Under the pieces are notes generated by a model. That model saw only the letters and a program-made list of their open reading frames with translations, was not told the DNA's origin and made no database searches. Positions 59,706-64,000 of a DNA stretch of 64,000 nucleotides are shown here, piece by piece (the first letter of the stretch is position 1; every line of letters begins with the position of its first letter). The stretch comes from an uncultured delta proteobacterium (GTDB lineage: Bacteria > Myxococcota_A > Polyangia > Polyangiales > Polyangiaceae). Location of the stretch: assembly GCA_963782055.1 (NCBI GenBank), contig CAWAIF010000003.1:6688001-6752000 (forward strand), in the 5' to 3' direction. Both the position numbers and the translations under genes were made by a program.

Positions 59706-60593
59706 TCACAGCTTCTTGCGCAGCGTGAAGGCGTCGTGATCGAGGACGAAGCCGGCGCGCTCGTAGAGCCCACGGGCGCGTAGGTTGTCCTCCTCGGTGC
59801 ACAGCTCGATGCGCTTCGCGCCCCGCGCGCACAGCGTGGCGATGCCGCGCGAGAGCAGCGCCGCGCCGACGCCTCGCCCCTCGTGCCCCGGGAGCACGCC
59901 GATGGCCTGCACGTACCCCGTCTCCGCCCGCTGCTCGAGGTGACAGAACCCGATGGGCGCGTCGGTCTCGGCGATCCACAGGGCGAAGCCCGGGATGCGC
60001 GCGTGGCTCGCCACCGACGCCTCCGTCTCCGGGAGGAAGCCGGCGTCACGCGAGAGCGTCGCGTTGGTCATCGCGGCCCACGCCGCGTCGTCGCGACCTT
60101 GCTCGTAGGGCCGGAGCGCGACGCCCGCCGGGACCTGCGCCACGAAGGGCGCGTCGCCGCGTGACAGGAACAGATCGCGCACCAGGACGACGAAGCCGTG
60201 CACCTCGGCGAAGCGGCGCGCGCCGGTCTGCGTGCCCTTCACCGACGAATCGATGGTCGCGACGCCTTCGACGCGGGCGGCCGCCTCGCAGTCGGCCAGC
60301 AGCCGCGAGCCGATGCCCCCGCGCCGGTGACGCGGGTCGACGTAGACGCGCGCGTGCAACACGCCGCCCGACGCGCGCGGGTCGTCGGTCAGGCCTGCGG
60401 TGAGCAGCGCGACAATCTCCCCGCTCCGCTCCACGACGCGGAAGCGCCGCCCGCCGTCGAAGCGCGAGACCGCGCGCAGGGCGCGCCAGCGGTCGAGCGT
60501 CACCGTGCCGTAGCGCTCGTCCGCGCGTAGCCGCGCGAACAGGCTCACCACGCCCTCGTCGTCGTCGGGATGGAACGGTCGCGATTCGCTCAT
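59706..60593 (-). CDS. Tandem GNAT acetyltransferase (MshD-like architecture)
   Basis: Two V.P..R/EG.G.G..LL motif A copies; N..A..LY...GF. Confidence 0.85.
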   Translation of the reverse strand: MSESRPFHPDDDEGVVSLFARLRADERYGTVTLDRWRALRAVSRFDGGRRFRVVERSGEIVALLTAGLTDDPRASGGVLHARVYVDPRHRRGGIGSRLLADCEAAARVEGVATIDSSVKGTQTGARRFAEVHGFVVLVRDLFLSRGDAPFVAQVPAGVALRPYEQGRDDAAWAAMTNATLSRDAGFLPETEASVASHARIPGFALWIAETDAPIGFCHLEQRAETGYVQAIGVLPGHEGRGVGAALLSRGIATLCARGAKRIELCTEEDNLRARGLYERAGFVLDHDAFTLRKKL

Positions 60594-60722
60594 GGCTCGC
60601 AGGCGAGTCTACGACGCCCGACACGCCGAGACCTGACAAGCCGGTACGCGAGCGGCGGCATGTTCACGTACATGGCGTTCGACCCCGGCGCGCGGTCCTT
60701 CGGGGCCGGGCCGTTCCGCTCT

Positions 60723-61493
60723 TCAGCCCCCGAGGTAGGCGGCGCGGATCTCCTCGTTCTTCGCCAGCTCCGCCGAGGGGCCCTCCAGCGCGATCTCCCC
60801 GGTCCGCAGCACGTACGCCCGCACGCTCGACGCCAGCGCGATGCGGGTGTTCTGCTCCACGAGCAGGATGGTCACCCCCGCCGCGGCGATGGCGCGGACC
60901 GCCGCGAAGATCTGCTGCACCAGCTTCGGCGCGATGCCCAGCGAGGGCTCGTCCAGCAGGAGCAGCGTGGGCCGGGCCATCAGCGCGCGCGCGATGGCCA
61001 GCATCTGCTGCTCGCCGCCGGACAGCGTGCCGCCCTCCTGCTTCATGCGCTCCCCCAGGCGCGGGAAGAGCCCGGTCACGTCCTCGAGCGTCTCGGCGAT
61101 CGTCCTCCTGTCCCGGTGGTTGTACGCGCCCAGCTCCAGGTTCTCGCGCACCGTCAGGTTGGGGAAGATGGCGCGACCCTCCGGCACGAGCGAGACGCCC
61201 ATCGCGACCAGCTTCGTCGTCGAGACGTTCGCCACGCTCTCGCCCGCGTAGCGGACGTCACCGCCTGCGATCGGCAGCAGCCGCGCGATCGTCTTGAGGG
61301 TCGTCGTCTTGCCGGCGCCGTTGGCGCCGATCAGCGCGACGATCTCCCCGCGCCCCACCGAGAGGCTGACGCCCTTGAGCGCCTTGATCCCGCCGTAGTG
61401 GACCTTCAGGCCGGACACCTCCAGCACCGGCGTCCCCTCCGGGAGCTGGAGCGGCGCGCGGGTCGGGTGGGCGACGCGCATCCCGACCGTCAC
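60723..61493 (-). CDS. livF: Branched-chain amino-acid ABC transporter ATPase
   Basis: GANGAGKTT, VPEGR.IF, LSGGEQQMLA, DEPSLG, AYLG. Confidence 0.93.
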   Translation of the reverse strand: MTVGMRVAHPTRAPLQLPEGTPVLEVSGLKVHYGGIKALKGVSLSVGRGEIVALIGANGAGKTTTLKTIARLLPIAGGDVRYAGESVANVSTTKLVAMGVSLVPEGRAIFPNLTVRENLELGAYNHRDRRTIAETLEDVTGLFPRLGERMKQEGGTLSGGEQQMLAIARALMARPTLLLLDEPSLGIAPKLVQQIFAAVRAIAAAGVTILLVEQNTRIALASSVRAYVLRTGEIALEGPSAELAKNEEIRAAYLGG

Positions 61494-62287
61494 GGCTGCG
61501 CCTCCTGCTCCTTCGCGACCTCGTCCTCGTCCTCGCCGAGGTACGCGGCGATCACGGCCGGGTCCTGTCGCACCTGGTCCGGCGTGCCGTGCGCGATGGT
61601 CTCGCCGTGATCGAGCACGTGGATCTCCTCGCAGACCCCCATGACCACCTGCATGTTGTGCTCGACCAGGACCACGCTCAGGTCGAAGGTGTCGCGCAGC
61701 CAGCGGATCTGCTTCTGAAGGCCCTCCGCCTCGCCGTAGTTCATGCCCGCGGCGGGCTCGTCCAGGAGCAACAGCTTCGGCGAGAGCATCATCGCGCGGG
61801 CGATCTCCAGGCGGCGCTGGTCGCCGTAGGAGAGAGACGTCGACATCTCCTCCGCCATCGCCCCGAGCTCGAAGACCTCCATCAGCTCCTGGGCCTTCTT
61901 GCGCATCGCGACGTCGTCGTCGAAGTGCGCGCGTGTCCGCAGCAGCGCGGAGAACAGGTTGGCCTTGCGCTGCAGCTCGCAGGCGACGAGCAGGTTCTCC
62001 ATCACCGTGAGCTGGCCGAAGAGGCGGACGTTCTGGAAGGTGCGCGCGATGCCCGCCGCGGCGATGCGCGCGGGCTTGAGCGGCAACAGGTCCGTCTCGC
62101 CGAAGCGGATGTGCCCGGAGTCGTGCTTGTAGACGCCGGTGATCAGGTTGAAGACTGTTGTCTTGCCCGCGCCGTTCGGCCCGATGAGGCCGAAGATGCT
62201 CCTCGGGCCGACGGTGAAGCTCACGTCGCCGACGGCGCGCAGGCCGCCGAAGCTCTTGGTCACGCGGGAGAGCTGGAGCGTCGTCAT
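61490..62287 (-). CDS. livG: Branched-chain amino-acid ABC transporter ATPase
   Basis: FGGL.AV, GPNGAGKTT, ARTFQN, L.YG.QRRLEIARA, VI.AYLG. Confidence 0.93.
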   Translation of the reverse strand: MTTLQLSRVTKSFGGLRAVGDVSFTVGPRSIFGLIGPNGAGKTTVFNLITGVYKHDSGHIRFGETDLLPLKPARIAAAGIARTFQNVRLFGQLTVMENLLVACELQRKANLFSALLRTRAHFDDDVAMRKKAQELMEVFELGAMAEEMSTSLSYGDQRRLEIARAMMLSPKLLLLDEPAAGMNYGEAEGLQKQIRWLRDTFDLSVVLVEHNMQVVMGVCEEIHVLDHGETIAHGTPDQVRQDPAVIAAYLGEDEDEVAKEQEAQP

Positions 62288-63432
62288 GCCCGCGCCCGCT
62301 TGCGTCCGGAGAAGAGCTCGCGCTCGCCCAGCAGCCCCTCCGGCCGGCGGATCATCAGGGCGATGACAAGCGCCGCGTACACGATCATCCGCAGGGCGTT
62401 GAGGTCGAGCGTGAGGTCGGCGCCGAAGAGATGGTGCGGGCCGCGGATGGCCGTCGCCACGCCGGTGTTCTGCACCAGCTCGATCGCCTTGACGGTGAAG
62501 GTCACGAAGAGGCCGCCCAGGATCGCGCCGGTCACGCTGCCCGAGCCGCCCAGGATGACCATGGTGATGACGTCGAAGGACATCTGGAAGCCGAAGGTGT
62601 CGGGGTTCACCACGTAGGAGCCATCGCGCATCATCGCCATCAGCCCGCCGGCGATGCCCCCGCCGACGGCCGCGATGACGAAGGAGGTGACCTTGTAGCG
62701 GGTGGGGTCGACGCCCACCGCGGCGGCGGCGATCTCGTCCTCGCGCAGGGCGCGCAGCGCGCGGCCCCACCCGGAGAACTTGAGGCGCCACGCCAGGACC
62801 GCGCAGAGCACCGTGAGGCCGAGCACCCAGAAGGGCCCGGCGTACTGCGGGTTGCCGTTGTTGTCCGGGCCGGAGTAGCCGTTCTGCCCGCCCAGCGCGG
62901 TGAGCATCACCGAGATGGCGTGAAAGAAGCTGCCGAACCCGTGCACGTGGTGCCACGCCTCCCCTACCGTCTCCGGCTCGCCGATCTGGGCGGTGGCGAG
63001 CACCAGCCGGAAGATCTCGGCGAAGCCGAGGGTGACGATGGCGAGGTAGTCCCCCCTGAGGCGCAGGCTGGGCAGGCCGACGACGAGGCCGAAGAGCCCC
63101 GCCATGAAGGCGGAGGCGAGCAGGCACACCGGCACGACGAGGAAGGAGCGGCCGAAGTCGGTGTCGCTCCCGCCGAGCGCCTGGTGAAGGTGCCCGGCGA
63201 TGACCGCGCTGGTGTACGCGCCCAGGCCCATGAAGCCCGCGTGGCCGATGGAGAACTGCCCCGCCATGCCGTTGATGACGTTGAGCGAGAGCGCCGCCAG
63301 GACGTTGACCCCCGCGAGCATCAGCAGGTTGCGGATGGAGCTGTCCGGGACGATGGTATCCAGGCCGAACTCCAGGCCGAGGACCACCGCCAGCGTGAGG
63401 GCGGCGAGGAGGATCGTCCGCATGCGGGGCAT
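62284..63432 (-). CDS. livM: Branched-chain amino-acid ABC transporter permease
   Basis: G..GQ.S.GHA.F..GAY, LRLRGDYLAIVTLGF.EI, REDE.AA, V.LGG.G. Confidence 0.92.
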   Translation of the reverse strand: MPRMRTILLAALTLAVVLGLEFGLDTIVPDSSIRNLLMLAGVNVLAALSLNVINGMAGQFSIGHAGFMGLGAYTSAVIAGHLHQALGGSDTDFGRSFLVVPVCLLASAFMAGLFGLVVGLPSLRLRGDYLAIVTLGFAEIFRLVLATAQIGEPETVGEAWHHVHGFGSFFHAISVMLTALGGQNGYSGPDNNGNPQYAGPFWVLGLTVLCAVLAWRLKFSGWGRALRALREDEIAAAAVGVDPTRYKVTSFVIAAVGGGIAGGLMAMMRDGSYVVNPDTFGFQMSFDVITMVILGGSGSVTGAILGGLFVTFTVKAIELVQNTGVATAIRGPHHLFGADLTLDLNALRMIVYAALVIALMIRRPEGLLGERELFSGRKRARA

Positions 63433-63453
63433 GAGCCCCGCGGTCTTACTCGC

Positions 63454-64000
63454 CTACTTGATCACCCTCAAGTACGGCGGCAGCTCGCGTCGCGGACGGC
63501 GGCCGGGCTCCGCCTCCGCGCGCTGGGCTCCCTCCTGCGGCTCGGCCGGGGCGGGCTCGCCTTCCGCCGGCTCCTCGTCGGACGCGGAGACGGGCTCCGC
63601 GGCGGCGGGATCGACCGAGACCAGGCGCGTACGCACGTCCGCGCCGGGGGCAGGCGACGCGTCCTTGCCGCGCGCGCGGGACCCGCGCGAGGCCTTCTCG
63701 CCGGGGGCGCGGCGGGCCTCCTTGGCCTGGACCTGAGCCGCGCGCTGCTCGGCCTGACGCGCCACCTCGGGCGGGACGTCGTCGGGCCAGACCATCGCGC
63801 GGCCGTCGTCGCCGACCATCGCGAAGATGGTGGGCCACGGCAGGATGCAGAGGAAGCGCGCGCCCTTGAAGCTGAGCGTGCACGAGATGCCCTCCTCCCC
63901 CACGTCCAGGTCGGGGATGGGGACGGCCATGTTGAGGCCGATGTGCAGCACGAGCTGGCTGTTCGCCTTGAGGTGCGGCGGCACCACCACGCCCGTCCTG
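63454..64000 (-). CDS. sspB: SspB-like ClpXP adaptor (5' end outside the window)
   Basis: V.VP......LVL.I, I.DL.V....IS..LSF, PW..I.A; acidic tail ending YLRVIK (XB-like motif). Confidence 0.75.
   Translation of the reverse strand, partial: RTGVVVPPHLKANSQLVLHIGLNMAVPIPDLDVGEEGISCTLSFKGARFLCILPWPTIFAMVGDDGRAMVWPDDVPPEVARQAEQRAAQVQAKEARRAPGEKASRGSRARGKDASPAPGADVRTRLVSVDPAAAEPVSASDEEPAEGEPAPAEPQEGAQRAEAEPGRRPRRELPPYLRVIK

Overview
Very GC-rich bacterial chromosomal segment, most likely from a myxobacterium (Myxococcota). This is inferred from the MYXO-CTERM-like sorting signal, the Cys-rich and Gly-rich lipoproteins and the GAF kinases. It holds about 65 mostly tightly packed genes and one tRNA-Arg(TCG). 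There is no CRISPR array, transposase, integrase or rRNA. Main blocks: (1) 10.3-15.2 kb, a four-gene unit of an HNOB/V4R-like sensor kinase, an ALS-like ThDP enzyme and two degenerate citrate-synthase-fold proteins, the best candidate for an undescribed signal-synthase/receptor system; (2) 16.3-19.4 kb, a Zn-ribbon protein plus three double-YbjQ proteins; (3) 22.2-25.1 kb, a structured intergenic element, an OM beta-barrel/MYXO-CTERM pair and an in-frame 48-bp palindromic tandem repeat; (4) a ClpB with a degenerate first ATPase ring; (5) about 31.7-52.9 kb, a nitrogen-oxide region with a clade II nosZ-B-D-F-L-Y-cytochrome c operon, hemerythrins, RIC, Crp/Fnr and sigma54 regulators, and an uncharacterised HPP/NarI-like/Nas-type molybdoenzyme/4Fe-4S/Rieske operon divergent from MarR-ClC; (6) hemA/ccsA, SMI1/KNR4 proteins, livMGF and a partial sspB. 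All product calls come from recognising motifs by eye; no database searches were run.
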